From a virus (taxonomy: Duplodnaviria; Caudoviricetes), in IMG/VR virus record IMGVR_UViG_3300035201_000245, positions 2,107 to 66,106 of that record: a stretch of DNA of 64,000 bases; one strand, given 5' to 3'. Below the pieces are notes generated by a model. That model saw only the letters and a program-made list of their open reading frames with translations. It was not told the DNA's origin and did no database searches. The first letter of the stretch is position 1, and each line of letters starts with the position of its first letter. Made by a program: the position numbers and the translations under genes. Shown here piece after piece: positions 47,231 through 57,020 of this stretch.

Positions 47231-47389
47231 TTAAACATTATTAACAAACCTATTCCATATTCCTAAAGCATGTTTATTATGATCACACAATTTCTGAGCC
47301 CAAATTCTTTCTGCAAGTGTTGTCTCTCTACCCAACTTGACTTTGCAAGCAATCTCTGTCAATCTTAGTCTGCTGTCTTTGCTTAACAT
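47231..47389 (-). CDS. Conserved cyanophage small protein (52 aa)
   Basis: Manual translation MLSKDSRLRLTEIACKVKLGRETTLAERIWAQKLCDHNKHALGIWNRFVNNV; overlaps the purN 3' end. Confidence 0.6.
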   Translation of the reverse strand: MLSKDSRLRLTEIACKVKLGRETTLAERIWAQKLCDHNKHALGIWNRFVNNV

Positions 47390-47897
47390 ACTTAATTGCC
47401 TCAGGTAGAATTGCGTATTCCTTTCTTTGAATTTCTTTTGTTAATGATTCTACAGTATCATCAGAAAGAATAGGAACCTTTGACTGCATAATTATCTCAC
47501 CACCATCCAATTCCTCATTAACATAATGAACAGTACATCCAGTATGAGTATCACCAGCATCCATTGCCTTTTGAATCACATCTAATCCTTTATGTTTGGG
47601 AAGTAATGATGGATGGACATTTATAATAGGACAATGAAATCCAGAAGGATTCTTAAGGACTCTCATATATCCTGCAAGAATAATAAGATCAACACGCCAA
47701 GCATCAAACAACTGAATCATCTGATCTTCATTCTTATGACTGATATGACAATGGGGGATTCCTAATTTTTCTGCTCTCTTTGCTGCTCCACACTTCTCTT
47801 TGTTGTGAATCATTAACACAACTTCATCCTCTCTACAAGTACGCACTATGTTCTCAAAATTTGTACCATTTCCAGAACACATTACGCCAAGTCTCAT
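47328..47897 (-). CDS. purN: Phosphoribosylglycinamide formyltransferase
   Basis: SGNGTNFE, LAGYMRVL, INVHPSLLP, GCTVHYVNEELDGG. Confidence 0.95.
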   Translation of the reverse strand: MRLGVMCSGNGTNFENIVRTCREDEVVLMIHNKEKCGAAKRAEKLGIPHCHISHKNEDQMIQLFDAWRVDLIILAGYMRVLKNPSGFHCPIINVHPSLLPKHKGLDVIQKAMDAGDTHTGCTVHYVNEELDGGEIIMQSKVPILSDDTVESLTKEIQRKEYAILPEAIKYVKQRQQTKIDRDCLQSQVG

Positions 47898-48130
47898 CTC
47901 TCGTACCCCTCCTTCCACTTACCCTTCTCATAATCATAATTTGGATGTGGTGCTGCAGAAACTACAGGATTTTTAGTTCTATTTGTTAATGTAATAAATT
48001 TATCTCCAGCAAAAGTTCCTGCAATATTTACAGAAATGTCATCACCATCTTCCCATATCTCATCACCACTCTTCTTTCTCATGTCGAGTGCTTTCTCTAA
48101 ATCATCAATAATCTTTTGAGTAATTTTCAT
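47894..48130 (-). CDS. Hypothetical protein
   Basis: Coupled ORF in operon. Confidence 0.65.
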   Translation of the reverse strand: MKITQKIIDDLEKALDMRKKSGDEIWEDGDDISVNIAGTFAGDKFITLTNRTKNPVVSAAPHPNYDYEKGKWKEGYER

Positions 48131-48423
48131 TGGTAATAAGAAGGTTTATAACGTGGTTTATACTCTGGTTCATCCTCTACTACAGTATGCTTAAACTTTT
48201 CAGTTTCAAAATAAGATGTATAATCAAACTTACCTTCTCTCTCATCCAATACTTCATGGATAAGAATCTTTAACTCCATCACATCCGTAGAAGTAAGAAT
48301 TCTTCTAGGTTTAACAGTAGAAGGTTTATATTCCTGCTCCTGTGCATTCTTTGCATCTTCAGGAGACAGTGGAGCACCCATACCCTGGGTGTCTATGTAA
48401 CTTCCTGGTATAGGTTTACTCAT
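48127..48423 (-). CDS. Hypothetical protein
   Basis: Coupled ORF (ATGA overlaps). Confidence 0.65.
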   Translation of the reverse strand: MSKPIPGSYIDTQGMGAPLSPEDAKNAQEQEYKPSTVKPRRILTSTDVMELKILIHEVLDEREGKFDYTSYFETEKFKHTVVEDEPEYKPRYKPSYYQ

Positions 48424-48704
48424 AAAGGCCTCCCATTCTTATCAACTAAACCAAGTTTTTTTATTTGACTAAAATTAGACTTGCTTTTCCTCTTGAGTTT
48501 CTTATATTCTTTAATCAATTTATCAACTTCATCTTTAGGTACATTAACCTTAAGTTCCTTTTCCTTATCTTCTTTAGTAACGAACCCACTGAAACCTTCT
48601 GGATTAACAACTTTCTCCTTGTCATCAACATAGTTGTTGATAACATCTTGAATTTCATCTCTAATGATAGCATCAACCTGTGCTCTCAGTAGTTCATCAC
48701 TCAT
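48420..48704 (-). CDS. Hypothetical protein
   Basis: Coupled ORF. Confidence 0.65.
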   Translation of the reverse strand: MSDELLRAQVDAIIRDEIQDVINNYVDDKEKVVNPEGFSGFVTKEDKEKELKVNVPKDEVDKLIKEYKKLKRKSKSNFSQIKKLGLVDKNGRPL

Positions 48705-49057
48705 CCTTTTCTCCTCTTCTTTCTTTCAGGTGCTTTATAACCCCATTGTGCAGGATTAACAGTTCCATGTCCATAATCTATTTTTTGAATAGCATCCTTA
48801 CCAAATTTATCATAATAAAGATCAAAGATATTAACTCTTGGACCTCGAACAAGATCTTTATGAATCTTACCCTCAGTCTTATAAGATACTATCATAGTAT
48901 CAGTTGGAAGTTTTCTTTCTTGAATCTGATCTTCATTAGCATCATCTACCAGTAACTGACAACCATAGTTAGAGATGTTCTTCCGTTCTTCAGATGACCA
49001 AATAGATTTCTTTGGTTTCTCTAATACTTTCTTTTCTTCTTTTACTTCTTCTGTCAT
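48701..49057 (-). CDS. Conserved cyanophage hypothetical protein
   Basis: IFDLYYDKFG...I.YG.G.VNP..WG. Confidence 0.7.
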   Translation of the reverse strand: MTEEVKEEKKVLEKPKKSIWSSEERKNISNYGCQLLVDDANEDQIQERKLPTDTMIVSYKTEGKIHKDLVRGPRVNIFDLYYDKFGKDAIQKIDYGHGTVNPAQWGYKAPERKKRRKG

Positions 49058-49578
49058 GATCCTCTATACCTACCCCAAACAATATCAGGAAATGCTTCCT
49101 GCACTACATCAATAGTAACTTTAGGATATACATCTCTTAGATTTTTATCTTTAACAAGACAAATAATCTCTGCTTCCTTTGGATGAAGTCCTTCAAGTAA
49201 CTGAATAAACATAGACTCTCTACGAAGACTACTAAGAGAATCATTACCACCTTTAATAAAATGATATAATGTCTTCCACTCTCTACGTAATGAAGTGTGG
49301 TCAGTTCCTACTGGTACTTCATTCTCCTTATAAGGAACTTGTCCTTCGGGAACTGCAGACTGAACTCTTTCATCAAAATTCCAAATAAGAATCGCAGTTA
49401 ATGAGTCATCACGGTACTCTTTAAGAATTTCAACTCTCTTTGCCTTTGTCCTTTGTTCACTTACAAGATCAAGAATCTCATGAATAAAAGGATTAGGTGG
49501 GAGTTTAACTCTCTTAACGACAGGTTTCTTCCTAGTCGTCGTCTTCTTCGTCGTCGTTGGTGTCATAATTGTTTTCAA
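49054..49578 (-). CDS. Conserved T4-like phage hypothetical protein
   Basis: LPPNPF..EIL...RRESMFIQLLEGLHPKEAE. Confidence 0.75.
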   Translation of the reverse strand: MKTIMTPTTTKKTTTRKKPVVKRVKLPPNPFIHEILDLVSEQRTKAKRVEILKEYRDDSLTAILIWNFDERVQSAVPEGQVPYKENEVPVGTDHTSLRREWKTLYHFIKGGNDSLSSLRRESMFIQLLEGLHPKEAEIICLVKDKNLRDVYPKVTIDVVQEAFPDIVWGRYRGS

Positions 49579-49768
49579 AGCGTACTGCTACAATTTCATC
49601 AGGTGTTAAATTACCATTCTCATCAAACATTTCTGGATGAGTATAGACTATCTGAGGAGTTGTTTCATATGAATGCTGTCTTGCTAACCATCCTATCATA
49701 CCTCCTACTAGAAGTGCAAGGAACGACACAACTGTCGTTAATGTTAACGTTACTATGGTAGTTTCCAT
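49532..49768 (-). CDS. Small membrane protein
   Basis: N-terminal TM; HPEMFDENGN motif. Confidence 0.7.
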   Translation of the reverse strand: METTIVTLTLTTVVSFLALLVGGMIGWLARQHSYETTPQIVYTHPEMFDENGNLTPDEIVAVRFENNYDTNDDEEDDD

Positions 49769-49786
49769 AATACCCCCAGATAATTT

Positions 49787-49963
49787 TTACTTTTTTTTAA
49801 CGTCCAAGTAAAAAGTTATCTCCCATTTAAAGAAAGAAAACTCTACCTGAAATGATTTTGATCTTGGTTTCTTCCTCCTATTTCTTAATAGTAATTCAAC
49901 ACCTTTATTGATTTCAGTGTTGTCTTTATTTAGATCGTCGTTTGCGTCCTCTTCGTTTGTCAT
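49787..49963 (-). CDS. Conserved cyanophage hypothetical protein
   Basis: INKGVELLLRNRRKK; start uncertain. Confidence 0.5.
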   Translation of the reverse strand: MTNEEDANDDLNKDNTEINKGVELLLRNRRKKPRSKSFQVEFSFFKWEITFYLDVKKK

Positions 49964-50285
49964 TACTATACTGAACTGCATCTTCAAGAATGCAAGCAAG
50001 ATAATCTCTTATCTTTCTTGCTTGAGGTTTGGGTATGTGATGATAGGCCTCTCGTAATTGTTTGTGGTCACTATCCATACCCCCTTTAATATACTCAGTA
50101 AGTTCTGTAACAACTGAAGCAATCTCGTGAGCAGTAGAACTGTTCAAAAATTGATCTGCTTCTAATTTAGTTACTCCCCTTGACTGAAAATATTCATACA
50201 ATTTTACCACAAATTGACCCTTAAAAGCAAGTTCTAGAGACTCCTCCAGAACATAATATACTTCTTCGAAATTATTCGACATAGC
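49926..50285 (-). CDS. Conserved cyanophage hypothetical protein
   Basis: YIKGG.D..HKQLREAY.HIPKPQARKI; probable start MSNNFEE. Confidence 0.7.
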   Translation of the reverse strand, partial: AMSNNFEEVYYVLEESLELAFKGQFVVKLYEYFQSRGVTKLEADQFLNSSTAHEIASVVTELTEYIKGGMDSDHKQLREAYHHIPKPQARKIRDYLACILEDAVQYSNDKRRGRKRRSK

Positions 50286-50286
50286 A

Positions 50287-50532
50287 TTAGACCAGTTGTT
50301 GCTCCTGTAAATACTGGACTGTATCAGTACAACCTCCAAGTTTCTGACCATTTACTGTTACCTGAGGGAATGTCGATCCTTCCCCAAATTCACCATAGAA
50401 ACTTTTTTTGTCAAAGTCCTTACCTAATTTATAAGTTACAAAATTTAAACCAGCTAACTTAAGGACTTCTTGTATCTTAGAACAGTAAGGGCAACCGTCC
50501 TTAGAAAAGACTGTAAAGTTTCTCAGTGTCAC
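50287..50532 (-). CDS. nrdC: Glutaredoxin
   Basis: CPYC active site, TFPQV, GGCTD. Confidence 0.9.
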   Translation of the reverse strand: MTLRNFTVFSKDGCPYCSKIQEVLKLAGLNFVTYKLGKDFDKKSFYGEFGEGSTFPQVTVNGQKLGGCTDTVQYLQEQQLV

Positions 50533-51194
50533 TTTCCTTCCTCCAAAACTCTAATAGCTTCTGCGTAATCTTGATCAAAAAGTTGTAGACCTTTCTCTGT
50601 AAGAATGTGCTTGTACATACCTTCAAATACTGCTGGTGGTATGGTACAAATGTTAGCACCATATTCAAATGCTCTACCAACATCTCTCACTCCTCGAATA
50701 GAAGCACCTAAGATTTCAGTAGTATCCCAATTCTGTTTGGCATATACATTAGCAATATCTTTTATAAGACATAACCCACCAAAGGAATTATCATCTACTC
50801 TACCCACAAAGGGTGAAACATATGCTGCTCCTGCCTTAGCGGCCAGGATCGCCTGAGAGGGACTAAAGATCAAAGTAACATTAACCCTTATACCAGACTC
50901 AGAAAGATCCTTACAGGCACGTAGACCGTTAGGAGTACAAGGCACTTTAATAGTAGCAACCTTACCAAATTTCTTATGCAATCTCTTACCTTCAGAAATC
51001 ATGTTACCTGTATCACCTATGACTTCCATACTGATATCAGTAAGACCTATATCTTTAATCTCCTGATATACATCTTCATGATTTCTACCACTCTTCCTAA
51101 TGAGTGTAGGATTAGTAGTGATACCATCAATTAAACCTGTCTTCCACCCAGAACTAATAGCACCCACATCAGCAGTGTCTAAAAAGATTTTCAT
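50529..51194 (-). CDS. talC: Transaldolase (TalC/MipB family)
   Basis: MKIFLDTAD, GITTNPTLI, IKVP, NVTLIFS, YVSPFVGR. Confidence 0.95.
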   Translation of the reverse strand: MKIFLDTADVGAISSGWKTGLIDGITTNPTLIRKSGRNHEDVYQEIKDIGLTDISMEVIGDTGNMISEGKRLHKKFGKVATIKVPCTPNGLRACKDLSESGIRVNVTLIFSPSQAILAAKAGAAYVSPFVGRVDDNSFGGLCLIKDIANVYAKQNWDTTEILGASIRGVRDVGRAFEYGANICTIPPAVFEGMYKHILTEKGLQLFDQDYAEAIRVLEEGK

Positions 51195-51256
51195 AGTAGA
51201 TTTTAAAAATGTATTTGTATTTAACGGACTTGATTTTTTTAAATGTTAGGGAAAGA

Positions 51257-51466
51257 TCATCTACCTTCCCTAGATTTGTTCCGAATAGTAATATGATTAC
51301 CCTCTATTGCAAACTCAAGTTTGTCTCGATGATCCCATAACAATTCTTCATAAAGAGAATCAAGTTTCTTCATGTCCTCCCACACATCAGTAGGAGTAGG
51401 TTCACCCCAAAAAGGATTAGGATTCTCCCTCCAAACGTGTTCTTCTGGTTCTAATGATCCGTGCAT
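51257..51466 (-). CDS. Hypothetical protein
   Basis: ORF with GGAG SD. Confidence 0.6.
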   Translation of the reverse strand: MHGSLEPEEHVWRENPNPFWGEPTPTDVWEDMKKLDSLYEELLWDHRDKLEFAIEGNHITIRNKSREGR

Positions 51467-51476
51467 AGAAATCTCC

Positions 51477-52238
51477 TTATGTAAATTGTCTAAGCTTCTG
51501 TAGTATATATTTGTATGCCTCCACTATGTCTCCCTCATCTTTTCTAAAAAGATCCTTATCGAATCTCTCTTTCGTTCCTTTCTTCCAGAGTCGCATGTTG
51601 TCAGGTGATAGTTCATCAGCCAAGAATAAATCGCCGTGAGCATCGTAACCAAACTCCAATTTAAAATCAACAAGGTCAATACCCATAAGGGTAAATAAGG
51701 ATTGCAACTCAAAATTAATGAGGAGTGCTTGTTCCTTCATAGGTTCAGGATCAATACCCATTAATCTTACACGATCATATGTAAGTAATGGATCATCCTT
51801 AGCATCATCCTTTAAGAAGTACTCAACAATAGGAGGTTGTATTAATACACCCTCATTGATATTGGTATTCTTAACGATAGAACCTGCTGCTATGTTCCTA
51901 ACAATAACTTCTACTGGTATGATTGTCAACTTTCTACAGAGTAATGTGTCGAGAGATGGACAATCAATGTAATGAGTTTTAACCCCCTGCTTTTCTATGT
52001 GTTCAAAAAGAAGTGCTGAAATAAGACAACACACCTTACCCTTCTCTTCTGGATACTCTACAAGTCTTCCATTACCAGCAGTTACTTTATCATGAAAATG
52101 TATATGAACTTTATCTGCTACACCTGATATCTCATATACAGATTTTACTTTACCTTGAAGCATCAAGATATCTTTTGCATCTGATGGTTCCTTGGAATGA
52201 AATATGGGTATTTTGTCTGGTCCTGGATCTCCACTCAT
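51477..52238 (-). CDS. purC: SAICAR synthetase
   Basis: GKVK.VY, IPVEVIVRNIAAGS, LVDFKLEFG, LADELSPDNMRLW, DKDLFR. Confidence 0.95.
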   Translation of the reverse strand: MSGDPGPDKIPIFHSKEPSDAKDILMLQGKVKSVYEISGVADKVHIHFHDKVTAGNGRLVEYPEEKGKVCCLISALLFEHIEKQGVKTHYIDCPSLDTLLCRKLTIIPVEVIVRNIAAGSIVKNTNINEGVLIQPPIVEYFLKDDAKDDPLLTYDRVRLMGIDPEPMKEQALLINFELQSLFTLMGIDLVDFKLEFGYDAHGDLFLADELSPDNMRLWKKGTKERFDKDLFRKDEGDIVEAYKYILQKLRQFT

Positions 52239-52281
52239 AATTTCTATTAATTTTTTTATATATTATACCACAAACTCACAA

Positions 52282-52875
52282 TCATTTCAACGGTTCATCT
52301 CCGTGATACCATTTCACTAGAGAATATCTTGTACCAGAAGTAACAGGAGTTACCTCATGTATAAATCTACTATCAAAAACAATGACACTTCCTTTACCCC
52401 TAGAAGCTTGGGCATAAGTTTCTTCTGATGCTTCTATACTTGGATTCCATATACCAGTATAAAATTTAAGATCTCCTCCTTCATAATCATTTTCATCTGA
52501 AAGTTGAATAGTTAAACTTAATTTTCTTGTTGAAGATTTACAGTCTCCATAATAGATACTACAATCTACATGTCTTTGATAAAAATCATCTTTTGAATAC
52601 TTAGATATCTGTACTAGTTCTTTATCAATATCAGACAAATTATAATGAAAATTTGCATGATTAGCATATCGTATATAACCAGAAAGCAATGCATTTATCC
52701 AATTCATACTACCAAATTGCATATCAACCTGTCTTTTTCTAGTATCTAAATCTGCTTCTTCTCCCCAACCTCCTGTTCTTCCTTTCTTAAATTCGTTTTT
52801 ATCAACAGTATCAATAATATAATCACATAGATCACTGGGTATTTCACCTTTCTCCCACTGCCAAATTGGAACCAT
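52282..52875 (-). CDS. 2OG-Fe(II) oxygenase (prolyl 4-hydroxylase-like)
   Basis: H.D...RKLS.TIQLS...YEGGDL...G...VFDS...HEVTPVT.GTRYSLV.W. Confidence 0.9.
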   Translation of the reverse strand: MVPIWQWEKGEIPSDLCDYIIDTVDKNEFKKGRTGGWGEEADLDTRKRQVDMQFGSMNWINALLSGYIRYANHANFHYNLSDIDKELVQISKYSKDDFYQRHVDCSIYYGDCKSSTRKLSLTIQLSDENDYEGGDLKFYTGIWNPSIEASEETYAQASRGKGSVIVFDSRFIHEVTPVTSGTRYSLVKWYHGDEPLK

Positions 52876-52904
52876 TTCTCAATTACTTCTACGGATATTA
52901 TACA

Positions 52905-53132
52905 TTACCAATCTGGATATGTCCACTCTGGAAAAGTCTTAGTCTTCTTTCTACGTTCTATTATTCTTTTAATCGTACACTCCTTACACTCATACGAATA
53001 AGATGATGGAAGTTTTACATTCTTACGAACACGATAGTAAGAATGCAATAAGTTCTTTTGTTCTCCGCAAACTCTACAGACTCTTTCTTCCAACAGAAGA
53101 TGTCCGAGTTGTATTTGTTCGTCTAAATCCAT
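52905..53132 (-). CDS. Small zinc-finger-like protein
   Basis: CRVC...YECKEC. Confidence 0.7.
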   Translation of the reverse strand: MDLDEQIQLGHLLLEERVCRVCGEQKNLLHSYYRVRKNVKLPSSYSYECKECTIKRIIERRKKTKTFPEWTYPDW

Positions 53133-53138
53133 GCATTA

Positions 53139-53168
53139 AAAAAGACCCTAAAGTAATTTAGGGTCTTT
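53139..53168 (-). terminator. Intrinsic terminator downstream of psbA
   Basis: AAAGACCCTAAA/TTTAGGGTCTTT inverted repeat with T-run on the minus strand. Confidence 0.8.
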
Positions 53169-53195
53169 CTTCTAGGACTTACCGACACGCAGTGC

Positions 53196-53270
53196 CTAGT
53201 TTTTTGGAGTCATACTCCATGCACCTAATGCAGCACCACCTACAGCGGCAACTATGATTAGGATTTCCAT
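53196..53270 (-). CDS. 24-aa single-TM micro-protein coupled to psbA
   Basis: [24 protein letters not shown]; ATG overlaps the psbA TAA (TAATG). Confidence 0.5.
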   Translation of the reverse strand: MEILIIVAAVGGAALGAWSMTPKN

Positions 53271-54352
53271 TATCCTATAGCAGGAGCAACAAGAGCAACC
53301 TCACTGACGTTAGCAGCAGCCAAGTCTAATGGGAAGTTGTGTGCGTTCCTTTCATGCATAACTTCCATACCAAGGTTAGCACGGTTAAGGACATCTGCCC
53401 ACGTTGGAACAACCTTACCATTAGCGTCTAGAATAGACTGGTTGAAGTTAAATCCATTGAGGTTAAATGCCATCGTACTTATACCCATCGAAGTAAACCA
53501 GACACATACGACTGGAAATACTGCTAAGAAGAAGTGTAGAGAACGACTATTGTTGAACGATGCATACTGGAAGATTAACCTACCGAAGTACCCGTGGGCA
53601 GCAACGATGTTATAGGTCTCTTCTTCTTGTCCAAATTTGTATCCATAGTTTTGGGATTCAATATCAGTTGTTTCACGGATAAGTGAGGAAGTAACCAATG
53701 AACCGTGCATAGCACTGAACAAAGAACCTCCAAACATCCCCGCAACTCCCAACATATGGAAAGGATGCATAAGGATATTATGTTCCGCTTGGAATACAAA
53801 CATAAAGTTGAACGTACCTGAGATTCCCAACGGCATACCGTCAGAGAAACTTCCTTGTCCGAACGGATAAATGAGGAATATTGCAAAGGCAGCTGAGACG
53901 GGTGCAGAGTAAGCAACACAGATCCAAGGCCTCATTCCTAAACGATAAGACAATTCCCACTGGCGACCCATGTAGGCACAGATACCAATAAGGAAATGCA
54001 TAACTACCAATTGGTAAGGACCTCCATTGTATAACCACTCATCAAGAGTAGCTGCTTCCCAGATGGGATAGAAGTGCATACCAATTGCGTTGCTTGAAGG
54101 AACAACAGCACCAGAAATGATGTTGTTACCATACATTAAAGAACCAGCAACAGGTTCTCTGATTCCGTCGATATCGACTGGAGGAGCAGCGATGAACGCT
54201 ATTATGAAACAAGTAGCTGCAGTTAGAAGGCAAGGGATCATAAGGACTCCAAACCATCCTAAGTACAAGCGATTGTTCGTGGAAGTAACCCAAGAACAAA
54301 ACTCGTCCCAATTCTGTAGCGGTGAACTGCTCTGTTTTTGCAGAGTTGTCAT
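53270..54352 (-). CDS. psbA: Photosystem II D1 protein
   Basis: Full 360-aa D1 from MTTLQK (NRLYLGWFG...[13 protein letters not shown]); no intron. Confidence 0.99.
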   Translation of the reverse strand: MTTLQKQSSSPLQNWDEFCSWVTSTNNRLYLGWFGVLMIPCLLTAATCFIIAFIAAPPVDIDGIREPVAGSLMYGNNIISGAVVPSSNAIGMHFYPIWEAATLDEWLYNGGPYQLVVMHFLIGICAYMGRQWELSYRLGMRPWICVAYSAPVSAAFAIFLIYPFGQGSFSDGMPLGISGTFNFMFVFQAEHNILMHPFHMLGVAGMFGGSLFSAMHGSLVTSSLIRETTDIESQNYGYKFGQEEETYNIVAAHGYFGRLIFQYASFNNSRSLHFFLAVFPVVCVWFTSMGISTMAFNLNGFNFNQSILDANGKVVPTWADVLNRANLGMEVMHERNAHNFPLDLAAANVSEVALVAPAIG

Positions 54353-54354
54353 CT

Positions 54355-54435
54355 GAATTAATAGGGCGGGTAATTTACTTGTAAGATGAGAGGCATGTCG
54401 CATCCACGACTCCCCATGGCCTCGGTTTGGGGATA
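54355..54435 (-). ncRNA. PhotoRC-II-like psbA 5'-leader RNA
   Basis: CCCC-AAACCGAGGCCAT-GGGG hairpin whose loop GAGGC can pair with downstream GCCTC; inner GTCG/CGAC hairpin. Confidence 0.55.
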
Positions 54436-54460
54436 AAAAAGGACGGTAAACCGCCGAAGT

Positions 54461-54494
54461 TATTTATTATAAACAAATGTTAAGTATCTGTCAA
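54461..54494 (-). promoter_or_regulatory. psbA composite promoter: consensus sigma70 plus overlapping late TAAATA
   Basis: TTGACA-17nt-TATAAT immediately followed by AAATA. Confidence 0.9.
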
Positions 54495-54558
54495 CCCCCG
54501 TGTACAAATATACTACGAGTATAATTACTAAATACAACAAGGAAAGTTGTCAGAACTT

Positions 54559-55083
54559 ATGAAAAGAATTGCACTTGCCGTTGGTATGTTATTGATGACA
54601 GCACCGTTTGCTAATCCAGCTCGTGCTGACCTTGTTCACCGTATGACCAGTTCAACTCAGCTGAGTGTGAATGGAGCTTATACAGATGCTAGTCGCATAG
54701 GCTCAACTTATTCGGTATCTGGATCCAATATCAAAGTAGATACATCTAACAGTGGACACTTCGGTGCTCTTACTGCTGGTAGTGCTACTGCTGCACCAAC
54801 ACTTGACGTTGGTACTTACGACGTAAATACAGCCGGCTCGGCCTTCACGTTCACGGAAACCTATACCCAAGGTGATGCTATTGCAGCAATGGGTGCAGGT
54901 GTTGACGTAACTGCTGGTGTCGTCGCAGACATGCCGTCGTATGGTGAAACCTTAACGATGTCTGGTGGTGTCGCAGGTACATTGGCTGGAACGATTACCA
55001 GTGCGGGAGTCACGACTCTAACGGCAGGTGGGGCTGGAACTTCAGCTACAGGCCAATTTGTAACCGAGATCATAATTGACTAA
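54559..55083 (+). CDS. Exported Thr/Gly/Ala-rich protein
   Basis: Signal peptide MKRIALAVGMLLMTAPFANPARA; CTAAATA upstream. Confidence 0.7.
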   Translation: MKRIALAVGMLLMTAPFANPARADLVHRMTSSTQLSVNGAYTDASRIGSTYSVSGSNIKVDTSNSGHFGALTAGSATAAPTLDVGTYDVNTAGSAFTFTETYTQGDAIAAMGAGVDVTAGVVADMPSYGETLTMSGGVAGTLAGTITSAGVTTLTAGGAGTSATGQFVTEIIID

Positions 55084-55085
55084 CC

Positions 55086-55526
55086 ATGAAAGGATTACTA
55101 ACAGTACTATTACTGCTTAGTAGTGCAGGGGCTGCAAGAGCAGTCCCCGTTGTGCCTAATTTTACACAAGGCTCAATGACCTCAAATACGACTACTACTA
55201 GCACAGTCGTTGAGACCATAAATTCGATGGACTATAACACAGGCTGGCAGTATGTAGTAACTGGGACAAACGTTCAAGCAGATGGAAACCTAGTACCAAC
55301 AGGTACAGGTTCTACTACTAATACAGCAGTAACATTAGACGGAGTGACTTCAACATGGAATGGATTGAATCTAAATCAAAGACCAAATTTCACAATGACA
55401 ACCCCTGGAGCGGCCTTTCAATTTACCGAAAGTTATCAAGGGCCAGGCCTCTCAAATCACACAATAATTCAAAGAACGACTACAATACAAAGCGTCACAG
55501 ATACAACAAGCACGTTTACACAATAA
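55086..55526 (+). CDS. Exported Thr-rich protein
   Basis: Signal peptide ...AGAARA-VPVVPNFTQG. Confidence 0.7.
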   Translation: MKGLLTVLLLLSSAGAARAVPVVPNFTQGSMTSNTTTTSTVVETINSMDYNTGWQYVVTGTNVQADGNLVPTGTGSTTNTAVTLDGVTSTWNGLNLNQRPNFTMTTPGAAFQFTESYQGPGLSNHTIIQRTTTIQSVTDTTSTFTQ

Positions 55527-56428
55527 GTACATTAGTACTATCATTATTGAGTCCGACGGCCGCAATGGCAGCAGATGTAGGTGGAGTTAGTGCAACAGCA
55601 AACCCAATTGCGAACTCCTCTGGCTCAGTAACGAACCAAGCTATACAAGTATTACAAGGACCGTATATAACTAACACTTATGGTGGGCAGATTAGTTGTC
55701 AGGGACCTACCATGAACGTGACTCCATATGTTACTGGAACAGGTGCTTTCAAGCGTCCCTTTGAGCACATGTATAATGAACCTGTATATAATAACGCAGA
55801 TAATAATGACGATGGTATACCAGATAATCCAGGAGAAATTTTATATCATATCCCAACAAGAACTGGACAACAAGAAATTTATAACTTATCAGTAGGTTTA
55901 TCTGCTACTTGGTCGCGACCATTAGATAGAGAACTGCAAGAATTATGTAAGAGTGCAGCAACCACTCAGATAGCGTTACAAAGTCAGATGGTTGCTAATA
56001 AAAGATTAGACTTTGAGATAGCTCGTCTCAAAAACTGTGGTGAACTAATGAAAGCTGGAATAATGTTCCATCCAAGATCACCATATGCAAAAGTATGTGC
56101 TGATGTAGTATTAACAAACCCTGCTGGTGTAGTCGCAAATCATACACACGGACTACAACCCAATCAACCTGTAATACAACCTCCTGCTAATGGTACTGCA
56201 GAAGACTTAGGAACATTTGAAATTAGAAATCCTATGGTTTTAGAGGAGGTAAATTCTTCTTCTTCCGATACTCATTCGCCTGAAGCGTCTGACGACTCGG
56301 CTTCGTGGGGCTTTTTCCGAGGATGGCGTTTACCTTGGTCAAAGCCTGTTTTATCGCAGGACGAAACACCCGTAGAAGTAAATCAGCCAGAGGCTTTGCA
56401 AGAAGAGCAGACGCACCAGCAACAGTAG
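55355..56428 (+). CDS. Exported protein (true start uncertain, probably about 55490-55565)
   Basis: Signal-like ISTLVLSLLSPTAAMA; SATANPIANSSGSVTNQAIQV; LDFEIARLKNCGEL. Confidence 0.65.
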   Translation: MEWIESKSKTKFHNDNPWSGLSIYRKLSRARPLKSHNNSKNDYNTKRHRYNKHVYTISTLVLSLLSPTAAMAADVGGVSATANPIANSSGSVTNQAIQVLQGPYITNTYGGQISCQGPTMNVTPYVTGTGAFKRPFEHMYNEPVYNNADNNDDGIPDNPGEILYHIPTRTGQQEIYNLSVGLSATWSRPLDRELQELCKSAATTQIALQSQMVANKRLDFEIARLKNCGELMKAGIMFHPRSPYAKVCADVVLTNPAGVVANHTHGLQPNQPVIQPPANGTAEDLGTFEIRNPMVLEEVNSSSSDTHSPEASDDSASWGFFRGWRLPWSKPVLSQDETPVEVNQPEALQEEQTHQQQ

Positions 56429-57020
56429 CGATTACAGCCGTAGTAGTAGCAACCTGAGCACTAGGTAGGTACTGTTCTACTGGTCCAATGTCCTCATAAA
56501 GAACAACACATATTTTTCTACCTGGATTAACGGGATCAGGTTGTAATTCATGTCCAGATATCTTTTCTTTCTCATTAGGTCCAAGTGATCCTATCCTCTG
56601 AGCATTAGGGCCAGGACAAGGAGGATCTTTAGGTCCTGTCTCTCCTGTGTCTGGTGTCTCAGGGGTTCCTGGAGGGTCAGGAGGAGGTGCAACTGCTGGT
56701 GCTTCTTGTTCTCTTATAATAACTAACTGCTCTGGTTCATAATTCATCGCATCAAATGTTGGATATGATCCGTCAGGACACACTGTCATTGCACCATCAG
56801 GGTCATTAGTTACCAATCCTTTTTCAATAGGAAGACCATTATTATGCCTCTTGTTATCCTTGTGCATTGCAACACAACCAGGGATATTCACAATAGGAAA
56901 CCCTAGATGATTAGTTACAGGATAAAAATTAGGAACATATGGCTGATTGATTTGCCATGCAGGTACATAAGGAATACTCTGATTATAAACTTGAACCCTT
57001 GGTATATTAGGGATTCCCAT
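56232..57020 (-). CDS. Proline-rich membrane-anchored protein
   Basis: Probable start MGIPNIP; C-terminal TM TTAVIATVAGASALLAKP. Confidence 0.65.
   Translation of the reverse strand: MGIPNIPRVQVYNQSIPYVPAWQINQPYVPNFYPVTNHLGFPIVNIPGCVAMHKDNKRHNNGLPIEKGLVTNDPDGAMTVCPDGSYPTFDAMNYEPEQLVIIREQEAPAVAPPPDPPGTPETPDTGETGPKDPPCPGPNAQRIGSLGPNEKEKISGHELQPDPVNPGRKICVVLYEDIGPVEQYLPSAQVATTTAVIATVAGASALLAKPLADLLLRVFRPAIKQALTKVNAILGKSPTKPSRQTLQANEYRKKKNLPPLKP

Noticed and set aside
53270-54352. Group I intron or homing endonuclease in or near psbA
   Set aside because: The D1 frame is uninterrupted at normal length; the downstream 75-aa CxxC ORF is too short and lacks HNH or GIY-YIG motifs
54353-54403. N-terminal extensions of psbA (likewise thyX to 46650, the porin-like gene to 63883 and the 25199 ORF to 25534)
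   Set aside because: The extensions run through leader RNA or upstream genes; canonical N-termini begin at later ATGs
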